64,000 bases of DNA from Bacillota bacterium (GCA_029006195.1 JAQXGH010000031.1:17811-81810); one strand, 5' to 3'; numbered from the stretch's first letter, positions 30,817 through 41,999 are shown. Notes: a model not told the origin generated them from the letters alone. Numbers and translations: made by a program.

Positions 30817-31773
30817 TTAGTTCCAGAAATCTGAAATATTATTTTCTTTTATGTATTTAACTAGTGTAGTTAATAAGTGCTGTGCATTCTCTGCATATGC
30901 CTTAAAAGGCTGCATCTTCTCTCCAGAAGGCATCATATACCTATCTATAAAGCTCTCCTGCATTTCTTCATCACTTAAACCTTCAGCAAGCATTGATTTC
31001 ACATAAGAAATCTTCTCTTTACATGATTCAACGAAAAGCTGAAAATACTTATCATTGAAATCAGAAGGAATAAGTCCGAAGTGAGGCAGAAATATCTGTT
31101 TAGCCCCAAGCGACATGCATTTCTTAACGGATGCCTCTACATCGCTAAAACTCTTAAGTATTGGTGTATGGATATAATCCATTGTTTCCATAATACCTGT
31201 GCTTTCGCTTGTGAACATTAAATCTATCGGTTTAAGCAGGAAAGTCATAGAGCAGTCTGTATGGCCTTTTGTCGCAAAGGCTATAATGCTCTCCTTACCA
31301 AGACTTATTTCATCACCATCATTTAACACAGTGTCGACCCTAAGATTCTGAGTTTTGATTTCATAATCAGGGTCACCGCCATAAAGCTCCCTGGCATTTT
31401 CACCCATCATTTTAATGAAAGCCTTGGCATTATCGCTCCTAAACACCCTCTCGCATTTAGCGCTGCCATAAACCCTAGCTTCCGGAAAAGCATCAAGCAT
31501 ATAAGGTAAAGCGCCTATATGGTCATAATGTGAGTGAGAGCAAATAATAATATCAAGCTTATCTGTATATTTACGAATATTATCAATAGTCTCATCTGCA
31601 CAGTACGCCATGCCACCATCGATAACAGCAGTCTTCTCACTTCCCTTTATCAGTATGCCGTTTCCTCCGCATCCTGCTGCAATGAAATGTACACGCCTTG
31701 GTAAACCAAGCCTGTCAAAATCAGGTCCGAATATATTTAGAAAATCAGCTTCAATTCCGTAATACTGTGACAT
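30817..31773 (-). CDS. Metallo-beta-lactamase fold hydrolase
   Basis: HSHYDHIG, GHT, PHFG motifs. Confidence 0.85.
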   Translation of the reverse strand: MSQYYGIEADFLNIFGPDFDRLGLPRRVHFIAAGCGGNGILIKGSEKTAVIDGGMAYCADETIDNIRKYTDKLDIIICSHSHYDHIGALPYMLDAFPEARVYGSAKCERVFRSDNAKAFIKMMGENARELYGGDPDYEIKTQNLRVDTVLNDGDEISLGKESIIAFATKGHTDCSMTFLLKPIDLMFTSESTGIMETMDYIHTPILKSFSDVEASVKKCMSLGAKQIFLPHFGLIPSDFNDKYFQLFVESCKEKISYVKSMLAEGLSDEEMQESFIDRYMMPSGEKMQPFKAYAENAQHLLTTLVKYIKENNISDFWN

Positions 31774-32384
31774 TAGTATCTGTCTTCCTCCATTGAAAGA
31801 TTTTCGCCAAATTCGTAGTCATCCTTATCGAAAACGATAGTTCCATTATTGTAATCGTCTTCGGCTGCTACGAGATCTGAAAATGACATTGTGTAGCTGT
31901 CCAGTTCATAGTCGACAGCATTTTCAAAATTGTATCTGAATCTATCTCCACCAAGTCTTTCAACTCTGGCTGATGTAATAGCATCTCTAAGACAGAAGTA
32001 GCGCGGTGCTCCACCGTTTTCCGGTAAAAGCTCAACTTCTGATTCCTCAGAATACCAGTTTCTGAATCTATGGAATTCATCAGTGAATCTTCTTATGTCA
32101 CTGTCATCTTCTGCATTCATGATAAGTCCAGTAAGGCACATCTTGATCTGTTCAAGAAGAGAACAAATTTCACCTGAATCTTCAGGCAGTCCTCCCATAA
32201 TGTCTTCAAAGAAATCATTAAGAAGTTCAGAGATCATTGTATTATCAGCACCGTCAAAGAGCTGATACAGAGCTTCCTGCTCAATATATTCCTCAGACTC
32301 GATCATATCAGCCATTGCTTCGAAATACTGAAAATCAGCAGCATCTTCAAGATCAAGATATTCCATTAATTCTTCGAAATTCAT
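31773..32384 (-). CDS. Hypothetical, very acidic protein
   Basis: ORF with GAGG RBS in murI-nadE operon; D/E-rich; no motif recognised. Confidence 0.7.
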   Translation of the reverse strand: MNFEELMEYLDLEDAADFQYFEAMADMIESEEYIEQEALYQLFDGADNTMISELLNDFFEDIMGGLPEDSGEICSLLEQIKMCLTGLIMNAEDDSDIRRFTDEFHRFRNWYSEESEVELLPENGGAPRYFCLRDAITSARVERLGGDRFRYNFENAVDYELDSYTMSFSDLVAAEDDYNNGTIVFDKDDYEFGENLSMEEDRY

Positions 32385-32398
32385 TCATTCACCTCATA

Positions 32399-33238
32399 TT
32401 ACTTATTTATCTTCTTGTTAAGTTCCTTCTCAAGGTCGAAATTCAGGAACTTAACTTTAGCGTCTTCTTCTTCGTCTTCAAATATATGGTCTATCATATT
32501 TATGAAGTTTTCACTAAGGTCACTGGCATAGAATACGTTTCTGAAATCAGATCCCTGAGCCAGCATATCTTTTTCTGTAAGTATTTTCTCGATCCTGTTC
32601 ACTATAATGCTAGAAGGATTAAGTATTTTAAGATCGGGATAGATACGTTCGATATTCTTCTTTATAAGTGGATAATGCGTACAGCCGAGTATAACTGTAT
32701 CAATCTTATTATCCTTAACGAAATCATCCATATAATACTTGATAGTCAAATCCATGATATCGTTCTCAATAATGCCCTCTTCAATAAGCGGAACAAATGC
32801 AGGGCAAGCAATCTCATGAATGTTGATATCAGGGTTCATTTCTTTAACCATTCCTGAATAAGCATGGCTGGCAATAGTAACCTTAGTACCGATAATGCCT
32901 ACATTGCTGTCCTGACATGTATCAGCAACCTCCTGTGCAGCAGGTGCAATAATGCCTACGATAGGAATCTTAGGGAACTTCTCTCTAAGAAGATCCACAC
33001 ATGTAGCACTTACCGTGTTACATGCTATAACTATCATCTTAACGTTACACTTCACCAGGAAATCTGCAATTTCCATACTGAAGCTTTTTATAGTGCTTAC
33101 CGCCTTAGAACCATAAGGAGTTCTGGCTGTATCACCGAAATATATAATCTTCTCTTCAGGTAATTTCTTCATCAGCGGAGTTATGCACGTAAGTCCGCCA
33201 AGACCCGAATCAAAAAAGCCTATAGGCCTGTTGTCCAT
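32399..33238 (-). CDS. murI: Glutamate racemase
   Basis: FDSGLGGL, DTARTPYG.K, IACNT, LGCTHYP. Confidence 0.97.
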   Translation of the reverse strand: MDNRPIGFFDSGLGGLTCITPLMKKLPEEKIIYFGDTARTPYGSKAVSTIKSFSMEIADFLVKCNVKMIVIACNTVSATCVDLLREKFPKIPIVGIIAPAAQEVADTCQDSNVGIIGTKVTIASHAYSGMVKEMNPDINIHEIACPAFVPLIEEGIIENDIMDLTIKYYMDDFVKDNKIDTVILGCTHYPLIKKNIERIYPDLKILNPSSIIVNRIEKILTEKDMLAQGSDFRNVFYASDLSENFINMIDHIFEDEEEDAKVKFLNFDLEKELNKKINK

Positions 33239-33326
33239 CTGTCAAAATACCTCTCAATTTGTTGAATAAGTAACTAAATTATTATACAATAAGAACATTG
33301 TAAAGTAAATTAATACGGAGGTAAAA

Positions 33327-35129
33327 ATGAGCTCAAAAGAATTAAAAACAAGAGATCAGATAGATAAAAAATACAAGTGGAATATCGAAGCTATGATTCC
33401 AGACGAATCAGTTATTGAAGGTCAGCTTGCAGAATGTAAGGAAGCTGCCGAAAGGTATGCTGATAAATTCACAGGACATCTGGCTGACAGCGCTGAAATG
33501 CTGCTTGAAGCCTTTGCAGAGAAAGATGAAATTTGGAGAAAGGTCGAGAAGATTTACGTATACGCTCATATGAAGCGTGACGAAAACAACGCGGAAAGCC
33601 GATACCAGGGCATGACAGATCAGGCAATTGCCTGCATTTCAAGCATTTCTGCCCTCCTCTCATTCTTCACTCCTGAACTTATAGAAGCTGACGAAGAAAC
33701 CGTTCTCGGCTATATTGAATCATGCGAAGGACTTAAGACTTATGAATTCGCTATCAAGGATACACTCAGAGAAAAGCAGCATATCTTAAGCCAGGCTGAA
33801 GAAGCCATTCTGGCTCAAATGGGTGAAATTACAGGCGCTACCAACAATATCTTTACCATGCTTAACAATGCCGACATCAAATTCGGCACTATAAGGGATG
33901 AAGAGGGTAACGAAGTTGAACTTACTCATGGCAACTACATTAACTTCATGGAAAGCCATGACCGTGAAGTTCGTAAGGCTGCATACGAGAAGCTTTATGA
34001 AACTTACAAAGGCCTCATAAACACAATTTCAACAACTTACAGCTATAACACTAAGACAGATGTTATAGGTGCCAGAATCAGAAAATATGAATCAGCAAGA
34101 GCTGCTGCACTTTCAGGCGACAATATCGACGGAAGCGTTTACGATAATCTTATCGCAGAAGTAAACAATAATCTTCCTTCACTTCATAGATACATTGAAC
34201 TCAGAAAGAAGATATTGGGTTACGATAAAATGTTTATGTCAGACATTTATGTTCCACTCATCGAACTTCCTGACAAGAAAGTTTCTTTCGAAGAAGGCCT
34301 TGATATCATGAGACAGGCTCTTAAACCGCTGGGCGAAGAGTATATCGCTAAGATGAATGAAGGTATCAGCCAGGGCTGGATAGACGTTTATGAAAACAAG
34401 GGCAAAACAAGCGGAGCATACAGCTTCGGATGTTATGACAGTTACCCTTATATCCTGCTGAATTACACAGATAAGCTTAAGGATGTATTCACAATTATCC
34501 ACGAAATGGGTCATTCAATGCATTCTAAGTATACTCGTGAAGTACAGCCTTATATCTACGGCAGCCACTCAATTTTCACTGCAGAAGTTGCTTCAACAGT
34601 TAATGAATCACTTCTTATGAAGCACCTTCTGGCTAACGAAACTGATAAAGAAATGAGAAAGTACCTTCTGAATCTTTATCTTGAAGAATTCAGAGCTACC
34701 CTCTTCCGTCAGACTATGTTCGCTGAATTCGAAGACATTACTCATAATGCTATCGAGAGCGGTCAGGTTCTTACTGGCGAATGGATGAATCAACAGTACC
34801 AGGCATTAAACGATAAGTATTATGGACCAGCTGTAGAAAAGGATGAATATATCAAGTATGAATGGGCTAGAATTCCTCATTTCTACAACGCATTTTATGT
34901 ATATAAGTACGCTACAGGTTATTCAGCAGCAACTGCAATAAGCAGTAAGATTCTTAATGAAGGCCAACCTGCTGCTGATGCATATATCGAATTCCTGAAA
35001 ACCGGTGAATCAGATTACCCTATCGAACTTCTTAAGATCGCAGGTGTAGATATGAGTTCACCTGAACCTGTAAAGGCTGCAATGGCTGAATTCAATAGAA
35101 TTCTGGATGAATTCGAATCACTTCTTTAA
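33327..35129 (+). CDS. pepF: Oligoendopeptidase F (M3B)
   Basis: GK.SGAYS, HEMGHSMH, AEVAS, WARIPHFY..FYVYKYATG. Confidence 0.96.
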   Translation: MSSKELKTRDQIDKKYKWNIEAMIPDESVIEGQLAECKEAAERYADKFTGHLADSAEMLLEAFAEKDEIWRKVEKIYVYAHMKRDENNAESRYQGMTDQAIACISSISALLSFFTPELIEADEETVLGYIESCEGLKTYEFAIKDTLREKQHILSQAEEAILAQMGEITGATNNIFTMLNNADIKFGTIRDEEGNEVELTHGNYINFMESHDREVRKAAYEKLYETYKGLINTISTTYSYNTKTDVIGARIRKYESARAAALSGDNIDGSVYDNLIAEVNNNLPSLHRYIELRKKILGYDKMFMSDIYVPLIELPDKKVSFEEGLDIMRQALKPLGEEYIAKMNEGISQGWIDVYENKGKTSGAYSFGCYDSYPYILLNYTDKLKDVFTIIHEMGHSMHSKYTREVQPYIYGSHSIFTAEVASTVNESLLMKHLLANETDKEMRKYLLNLYLEEFRATLFRQTMFAEFEDITHNAIESGQVLTGEWMNQQYQALNDKYYGPAVEKDEYIKYEWARIPHFYNAFYVYKYATGYSAATAISSKILNEGQPAADAYIEFLKTGESDYPIELLKIAGVDMSSPEPVKAAMAEFNRILDEFESLL

Positions 35130-35146
35130 TTTTAGAGGATCATTTA

Positions 35147-35950
35147 ATGGATAAGAAGATTATTACTGTATTTTCAAATGATACACAGCTTTCAACTGAA
35201 TCAAGAGTTTTGATGGTTAGACTTCTTCATGATAAGGGTTATGAGGTAACTCGCGAATACACAGATAAAACAAGCCTTATTGTTTGCATAGGCGGCGACG
35301 GTTCATTCCTTGAAACTGTACATAAATGCGATTTTCCTGACTGCCCTATCGTCGGTATCAACACTGGACATCTCGGCTTTTTTCAGGAAATACATCCTAG
35401 CCAGATAGCAGAATTTGTAGAGAATTACGATAATGGCAATTATTCTGTACAGGAACTGAATACTGTTGAATATACAGTAACAACTGCAGATGGAACTACA
35501 GCTTCAAACTATGGACTTAACGAAGTGACAATAAGCGGTCACGTATCCACTACGATTCATATGAGAATTTCCATCGATAATAAGACGATCGAGAAGTTCA
35601 GTGGAAGCGGCATAACAGTATCCACTTCCGCCGGATCAACAGCCTATAACTATTCACTTGGCGGCTCAATAGTCGATCCGAGATTAAAGGTTATGCAGGT
35701 TACACCGATTGCCCCAATCAATACAACAGCATACCGTTCATTAACCTCAAGCATAATGCTCCCTTCGGATCTTCCTTTAGGAATCCATCCAGAAAGAGCT
35801 AAAAACGAGATATGTATAAATTACGACGGTATCACAGCAGTTTATAAAGATGTGACAGATATCCGCGTAGAAATACCGGATAGAACAGTTAAGCTAATAA
35901 GATTTAAGGACTACGATTTCTGGGATAAGGTAAAAGATAAGTTCCTCTAG
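35147..35950 (+). CDS. nadK: NAD(+) kinase
   Basis: GGDGSFL, GINTGHLGF, LNE, GSTAYNYSLGG. Confidence 0.93.
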   Translation: MDKKIITVFSNDTQLSTESRVLMVRLLHDKGYEVTREYTDKTSLIVCIGGDGSFLETVHKCDFPDCPIVGINTGHLGFFQEIHPSQIAEFVENYDNGNYSVQELNTVEYTVTTADGTTASNYGLNEVTISGHVSTTIHMRISIDNKTIEKFSGSGITVSTSAGSTAYNYSLGGSIVDPRLKVMQVTPIAPINTTAYRSLTSSIMLPSDLPLGIHPERAKNEICINYDGITAVYKDVTDIRVEIPDRTVKLIRFKDYDFWDKVKDKFL

Positions 35951-35971
35951 AGATAAAGGAGAATACATTTT

Positions 35972-36865
35972 ATGACAACATTCAAGCACATAGTATCAGC
36001 AAATGAAGAAGATATGGAAGTTCGCGAAATAATGCGCGAACACTTCGATTTCTCTGCACGCCTGCGTAACCGTGTTAAAAGAGAAAAACTTGTTAAAAGA
36101 AACGGCCTTCAGACTGAAGGATGGCATAGAGTTCGTGAGGGAGATGTAATATCAGTCACACTCCCTGATGAACAGAGCAATTTCCCACCAGAGGATATCC
36201 CTCTCGACATTGTTTTTGAGGATAACGACATTATGATCATAAACAAACAACCTGGTCTCATCGTTCATCCTACAAAGGGGCATCCATATGGCACAGTAGC
36301 CAACGCCCTCTCCTATTATATGCAGGAGAAAGAACAGGCTTGGAAGATTCGCTTCGTTAACAGACTGGATATGGACACATCAGGACTCCTGGTAATTGCC
36401 AAGAATTCATATTGTCAGAACGAATACACTAATCAATCAAGAAAAAATCAGGTCAAAAAACGTTACATAGCTATCGTTAAGGGAATCATCGAGGAAGAAA
36501 ACGGTACTATCGATTTACCTATCGGCAGACCTGATCCAGTAGACGTTAGACGTGCTGTAATTGAGGGCGGATCACCTTCAGTTACACACTACACGGTTTT
36601 AGAACGCTACGAGAAGACAGGTTTTACACTTGTTGAATTACTTCTCGAAACAGGCAGAACTCATCAGATAAGAGTGCATATGTCCTTCATCGGACACCCA
36701 ATTCTTGGTGATCACCTTTATGGCGGTGAAGATGTTAGACTCATCGAAAGACAGGCTCTTCATGCAGCAAAACTTGAATTTAAGCATCCTATAACAAAAG
36801 AAAAGCTTAAGCTTACCGCTCCTATTCCTCAGGATATGATGGATGCGATCGATAAAATCAAATAA
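35972..36865 (+). CDS. RluA/RluD family pseudouridine synthase
   Basis: NKQPGL.VHP, NRLDMDTSG, TGRTHQIRVH, GHPILGD.LYG. Confidence 0.95.
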   Translation: MTTFKHIVSANEEDMEVREIMREHFDFSARLRNRVKREKLVKRNGLQTEGWHRVREGDVISVTLPDEQSNFPPEDIPLDIVFEDNDIMIINKQPGLIVHPTKGHPYGTVANALSYYMQEKEQAWKIRFVNRLDMDTSGLLVIAKNSYCQNEYTNQSRKNQVKKRYIAIVKGIIEEENGTIDLPIGRPDPVDVRRAVIEGGSPSVTHYTVLERYEKTGFTLVELLLETGRTHQIRVHMSFIGHPILGDHLYGGEDVRLIERQALHAAKLEFKHPITKEKLKLTAPIPQDMMDAIDKIK

Positions 36866-36888
36866 CACTTATTACACCGTTTAGTGTT

Positions 36889-37284
36889 TTATGCTTCAAT
36901 TACCTGAGCTATAGTCTTGCCCTTAAGTTCTTTCTCGAGCACTTCCTGAATTCGCTGAAGTTCGTGATGCACCTTACAAGGAAGGTCATTAGTATTTCGA
37001 CCGCATTCTTCCTTCATGCAGTGAACTATTGCCAGATCCTCTTCTGTAACGCTCACAATATCATAAATAGTAAGTTCATTAAGATTCTTATTGAGATAAT
37101 AACCGCCCTGGTTTCCTCTTTCTGATTTAACCAGTTCGTTCATTTCCATTTCGCGAATAATCTTATATGCGAATGCCTTAGGAATATCCTCAAGTTCGCA
37201 TATTTCTCTGACATTATGAATCTTACCATCCTTTAATGCTCTGCAGATTCTAATGGCATAATCGCTTCTACGTGTAATAATCAT
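36889..37284 (-). CDS. Rrf2 family transcriptional regulator
   Basis: DYA.R, RGNQGGY.L wing, three C-terminal Cys. Confidence 0.9.
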   Translation of the reverse strand: MIITRRSDYAIRICRALKDGKIHNVREICELEDIPKAFAYKIIREMEMNELVKSERGNQGGYYLNKNLNELTIYDIVSVTEEDLAIVHCMKEECGRNTNDLPCKVHHELQRIQEVLEKELKGKTIAQVIEA

Positions 37285-37304
37285 ATTTCGCCTTTCTGAA
37301 CACC

Positions 37305-38753
37305 CTACTTCTTAAATGTTCTATAAACTTTAACCTTAGGCATTTCTCCTGTTTTATACTTAATGAGCTCACTTACTGTAACTGTCTGAATCCCTTGTTT
37401 TTTAAGCCAAGGAACAATTTTCTCAGTAGCATCAGCAGTTTCGTCGTAAATTGAATGCATTAAAATAATCTTACCATCAAGATGCTTAGTGTTTTTAACT
37501 GATTTGAAAATCTTCTTAGGATTTCTAGTCTTCCAGTCAAGTGTATCGATAGTCCATAGAATAGCTGGCATATCAGCAACCTTCTCAACTCTATCGCTAA
37601 AGTCACCATAAGGTGGTCTGAGAAGAGTTGGTTCAACTCCGATATATTCCTTTATGGCATCATTTGTCTTACCGATTTGTTTCCTGATCTGCTTCTTGTT
37701 GCAAGTTGTAAGCGGAGGATGATCCCAGGAATGGTTACCGATCTCACATCCTATCTCTACAGCTTTCTTGCCGTTATAAGCGAAATCATCGACTCTATAA
37801 CCTACATAAAAGAATGTTGCAACGCTTCCATTCTTCTCCAGACATTTAAGGATTCTCTTCTCACTTTTATCTCCAGGGCCATCGTCATAAGTAATGGCAA
37901 CCATTGGCTTATTAGGGTCGATATACCTATCAATAACAGCCTCTCTGATAGTATAATCCATATAAAAATACGGAATATCTACGGATACTACTCCGTAAGA
38001 CTTATCAATAACAGTACCCTCATCAAAGAAGAATTCGATGCCTTCTTTTGTCATGATAAAATTCTCATAGTTATCATCATTATCAGGGTCAAGATAACTT
38101 TCCCAGCCTTCACAGAATTCATCATCTGAATATGTTCTCTCGAAATACTTATTTACGAACTGGCTGGCTCTATCCTTATATGTAATATTAAGCGCCTGTA
38201 TAGGTTCAATAGAATTATAAGTTTCTTCAGAAAGAAGCAGCGTTTCGATATCTGATGATTCGAGTTCCATCTTTCTAGTACCTGCCTTATACATCTTACA
38301 ATATACAGCTACGCTGACAGCACCGGTTCCAGATTCAGTTACCGATGTATCTATTATGATAGCACGCTCGGGAGTCTTGAACTTATCACCCTTTTTCTTA
38401 TACTCTTCCTGATCTGCCTTAGCTGCCTCCAGCTGACATTTGCTTATAAATGAATTTATAAGAACAGACTCCTTATTACTTACCGAATCACCTAATGTAA
38501 TGTCCTTTCTTACAGCCATAGAAAAAGGCGTATCGTAAGTATACTCAATATCATCTGATCCATTGGCTGTTAAAAGTCTATCCTTCCCAAGTTCATGAGA
38601 TGCAAAGTCTATAAACTCTGCCTTATTCTGATATTTATCTGTATCGAAATATATTAAAGCTCCTCCGTAAGCACAAGCTGACAAAAAAACAAGAACGATA
38701 ATTATAACAAACCATCGAACATTTCTAAAACTCTTATTGTTATCCATATGCAC
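37305..38753 (-). CDS. Membrane-anchored polysaccharide (peptidoglycan) deacetylase, PgdA/PdaC-like
   Basis: N-terminal TM; NodB motifs TYDDGP, NHSWDH, RPPYG, DTLDW, LMH. Confidence 0.9.
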   Translation of the reverse strand: MHMDNNKSFRNVRWFVIIIVLVFLSACAYGGALIYFDTDKYQNKAEFIDFASHELGKDRLLTANGSDDIEYTYDTPFSMAVRKDITLGDSVSNKESVLINSFISKCQLEAAKADQEEYKKKGDKFKTPERAIIIDTSVTESGTGAVSVAVYCKMYKAGTRKMELESSDIETLLLSEETYNSIEPIQALNITYKDRASQFVNKYFERTYSDDEFCEGWESYLDPDNDDNYENFIMTKEGIEFFFDEGTVIDKSYGVVSVDIPYFYMDYTIREAVIDRYIDPNKPMVAITYDDGPGDKSEKRILKCLEKNGSVATFFYVGYRVDDFAYNGKKAVEIGCEIGNHSWDHPPLTTCNKKQIRKQIGKTNDAIKEYIGVEPTLLRPPYGDFSDRVEKVADMPAILWTIDTLDWKTRNPKKIFKSVKNTKHLDGKIILMHSIYDETADATEKIVPWLKKQGIQTVTVSELIKYKTGEMPKVKVYRTFKK

Positions 38754-38924
38754 CTTTATCCATCTATATTAAAAGATTTACTTCTCTCATTTCCAAAAGC
38801 TAGATTAGTATACCACAAAACCATTTATATTTCACTAAAATAGTAAAGATTAAATATTCGACTTTTATTAAATAAAAAACAGGCATCCTGTTTACGAATA
38901 CCTGTCCATTATCCGCCTTAAATA

Positions 38925-39335
38925 TTATTCAGTAAGCTCTGATGTGCAGTGTGGACATCTAGTTGCTTCGATAGCGATTTCTGACTTGCAGAATGGGCAA
39001 ACCTTAGTAGTTGGAGCCGATTCTTCTTCAGGCTTCTTAGTCAGGTTACCTGCCTTGTTGAATGCCTTGATAACTATAAAGAGTACGAAAGCAACGATGA
39101 GGAAATTAACTACTGCCATAATAAATGCACCATATCTGATGTCAACGCCAGCTACTGATGCAACCAGGTCTGTGAAGTCTACCTTAACAAAAAGACCGAT
39201 GATTGGTGAGATAATATCATCAACCAGTGAAGTTACGATAGCAGTGAATGCAGCACCTATAATGATACCAACAGCCATTTCCATAACATTGCCCTTCATG
39301 GCAAATTCTTTGAATTCATTTAAAAACGCTTTCAT
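38925..39335 (-). CDS. mscL: Large-conductance mechanosensitive channel with C-terminal zinc ribbon
   Basis: [33 protein letters not shown]...CPHC tail. Confidence 0.95.
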   Translation of the reverse strand: MKAFLNEFKEFAMKGNVMEMAVGIIIGAAFTAIVTSLVDDIISPIIGLFVKVDFTDLVASVAGVDIRYGAFIMAVVNFLIVAFVLFIVIKAFNKAGNLTKKPEEESAPTTKVCPFCKSEIAIEATRCPHCTSELTE

Positions 39336-39422
39336 TCTGATTCATCTCCTAAGTTTATTATAAAAAAAAAAAAAAATAATTCCAGCAAAGTATTCTATCA
39401 CCTTATTTTAATGTAAACAAGA

Positions 39423-39454
39423 CAAAAAAACAGGCTGCCTTTAGGAGGCAGCCT
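39423..39454 (-). terminator. Terminator after GRE gene
   Basis: AGGCTGCCT...AGGCAGCCT stem with T tract on minus strand. Confidence 0.8.
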
Positions 39455-39470
39455 ATATAGCTTTTGCTTA

Positions 39471-41999
39471 TTAGAAATGTAATTCAGTTCTCTGAATAAG
39501 GTCGTTCTGAAGAGCTTCACCAAGTTCAACGAAGTAAGCACTGTATCCAGCTACTCTTACCAGCATGTCTCTATATGAATCCGGATCTTTCTGAGCCGCT
39601 TTCATCTTTTCTGAGCTCATGATATTGAACTGAACGTGCATTGGATCGTTAGTCATATAACCATCAACGAAACTCATCAGATTATCTCTACCTTCTTCTC
39701 CAGCAACTGCGTTTTCAGGGAACTTAACGTTGAGCAGTGTACCGTTTGTTGCAATACTGTGATCAACCTTACCAACTGAGTTTGCCAGAGCTGTTGGGCC
39801 TGCGATATCATGTGAACCGCCGTCTGTATGAACCGGACCCATGTTATCTGAGATTGCTTCTCCCTTTGTTCTACCGTCAAGTGAAGCGTTAGTGCCAAGA
39901 CCCATTGAAACGTTACCGCTTACTGAGTAAACGCCAGGGCTGAATGAGCCGCCTCTTACAGTTGGTCTGCCTGCAATAGTGTTGCAGTAAGTTTCAAATA
40001 TAAACTTGAATAATTCATCAGCGTAATCATCATCGTTACCGTAGTGATGAACCTTTGAGCTGTTAACCAGATGATAGAGAACATCGTGACCTTCCCAGTT
40101 ATCCTTAACGGCCTGGAGAAGTTCTGCTCCTGTGAATTTCTTTTCATCAAATACCAGCTGCTTGATAGCTGCTAAGCTGTCTGCACATGTTGCAAGGCCA
40201 CTTGCCTGTGGTCCTATGCCGTTATACTTAGCGCCGCCTGCAGTAATATCAACGCCCTTTTCCAGGCAGTCTACGAAGAATGCTGATACGTAAGGCAGAG
40301 GCTTTCTAGTGCTGTGAGCTCTATCTATGATATTAAGAGCTGTGCACATGAGATCGAGCCAGTACTTGAACTGCTTCTTAACGCTTTCCAGTACTTCATC
40401 CATATTCTTATAGTTTTCTAGGCTTCCTGTGTCAGGACCAAGGTGCTTACCTAAGCTTCCGCACTTTTCCCATCTAGGACAGTGGCTTCCGCAGTCCAGA
40501 CATCTGCCGCCGTTAAGAACCATTTCCATGAACTTAACAGTATTGATATATGCTGCATCATGCCAGCCGTATTCCTTGCCTGGAAGTGAAGGTTCTACGC
40601 ATCCTACGATAGCGTAATCAGCAGCTTCTTCAGGTGAAATGCCCTTTCTGATCATTGCTTTAATTGTAGGTTCATCGTTAAAGAGTTTAGGATGTCCATA
40701 GCCTGCTCTGATGCATTCAACAGCCTTTACTTTAACTTCATATGGAGTTCCTGCATGCATTCTTACAAGGAGCCAAGGACACATCATTCTAGTGTGAACT
40801 GAAGCATCCAGCATCATCATAGTAAGGTCATTAGTCAGGTCGTTTCCGTCCTTATCACATCCACCGATTGTCAGACATTCACCGCCGAAACCTCTACCCT
40901 GTCTAACCTTAGCAGTTGCACCGTCTCTAACCTTAGTAGGGTTATTCATCTTAACGAAAGTAACTTCCAGAAGTTCCTGTGCGAAGTCCTTAGTAATAGT
41001 TCCGTCTGCGATGTCCTTTTCATAGTATGGATAGAGCCACTGATCCATTCTGCCGTATGAAATTGAATGACCGTTACTTTCTACCTGAGTTAATGTAGTA
41101 GCAAAGTTAAAGAGCTGCAGAGCCTGCCAGAAAGTCTTAGCTGGACCACCAGCGATCTGAGCGCAGTTGTCTGCCATAGCCAGGAGTTCTTCTTTTCTCT
41201 TTGCGTCTGATTCCTTAGCTGCCATATCGCGAGCTAACTTCTCATATCTCTTTATGTATTCGATAGCTGCCTTATGACAGATTATAACAGCTTCGTAGAA
41301 TTCCTTCTTAACAGCGTAATCAGGGTCAACCTTAGTGAGCTTAGCCATACCATCTTCGGCACGCTTAATCATGCCGTTATAACCTTCTCTTAAAATTCTC
41401 TCATAATCCATTACCAGGTGACCAACACCGCCATAATGGTAGAGGTTAGTCTGGAAAATCTTCTTTCCAACTTCTGAACCCTTAATGATTTCATCGTCAT
41501 AGTATGAATTAGCCAGATCTTCAACAGTCTTACCCTTCCAGTATTCACAAAGCTCGATGAATTCCTGTCTATCTTCTTCATTAGCGAAGTAATGCTGGTC
41601 ATGCGCTCTTTCTTCGAAGGGTTCATTATGAACTTCGTGGATCATCCAGTCTATTGAGAATTCCGGATACTGCGGTGATGCCTTAGCAGGAGCACAGATT
41701 TCACCCAGAATAAGATCTTCGTCATAAATGAAAAGAGTTGCATTCATTAAGATCTTCTCAAAAGCACGAGCGCACTTGATTTTTGTAGGTGCATTTTCGT
41801 TTTCTTTATAACTTTCAGTAACGTTTCTGAATCTCTCAACATCAATAAGATAAGTTCTATCCATAAATGTCTTTCTGAGATTATTTACTCTGGAATAAGG
41901 TGACCAGTCGCTATGGCCAACTTCATATCCCAGACTGTAAGTCTTGTCATAACTTTCAAGACCACAAGCACTGCAATGAGTTTCCTTAAATTTAGTCAT
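39471..41999 (-). CDS. Glycyl radical enzyme, glycerol/diol-dehydratase-like, substrate unknown
   Basis: C-terminal RVAGYS glycyl motif, GCVEP thiyl loop, PEFS, GVGH, NGHS, GWHD; start reassigned to MTKFKE at 41999. Confidence 0.9.
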   Translation of the reverse strand: MTKFKETHCSACGLESYDKTYSLGYEVGHSDWSPYSRVNNLRKTFMDRTYLIDVERFRNVTESYKENENAPTKIKCARAFEKILMNATLFIYDEDLILGEICAPAKASPQYPEFSIDWMIHEVHNEPFEERAHDQHYFANEEDRQEFIELCEYWKGKTVEDLANSYYDDEIIKGSEVGKKIFQTNLYHYGGVGHLVMDYERILREGYNGMIKRAEDGMAKLTKVDPDYAVKKEFYEAVIICHKAAIEYIKRYEKLARDMAAKESDAKRKEELLAMADNCAQIAGGPAKTFWQALQLFNFATTLTQVESNGHSISYGRMDQWLYPYYEKDIADGTITKDFAQELLEVTFVKMNNPTKVRDGATAKVRQGRGFGGECLTIGGCDKDGNDLTNDLTMMMLDASVHTRMMCPWLLVRMHAGTPYEVKVKAVECIRAGYGHPKLFNDEPTIKAMIRKGISPEEAADYAIVGCVEPSLPGKEYGWHDAAYINTVKFMEMVLNGGRCLDCGSHCPRWEKCGSLGKHLGPDTGSLENYKNMDEVLESVKKQFKYWLDLMCTALNIIDRAHSTRKPLPYVSAFFVDCLEKGVDITAGGAKYNGIGPQASGLATCADSLAAIKQLVFDEKKFTGAELLQAVKDNWEGHDVLYHLVNSSKVHHYGNDDDYADELFKFIFETYCNTIAGRPTVRGGSFSPGVYSVSGNVSMGLGTNASLDGRTKGEAISDNMGPVHTDGGSHDIAGPTALANSVGKVDHSIATNGTLLNVKFPENAVAGEEGRDNLMSFVDGYMTNDPMHVQFNIMSSEKMKAAQKDPDSYRDMLVRVAGYSAYFVELGEALQNDLIQRTELHF

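Noticed and set aside
39471..41999. GRE as choline TMA-lyase CutC or pyruvate formate-lyase
   Set aside because: Has a single Cys in GCVEP (PFL has CC) and a GWHD/NGHS pattern like diol dehydratases rather than the CutC motifs I recall; lies outside the BMC locus.
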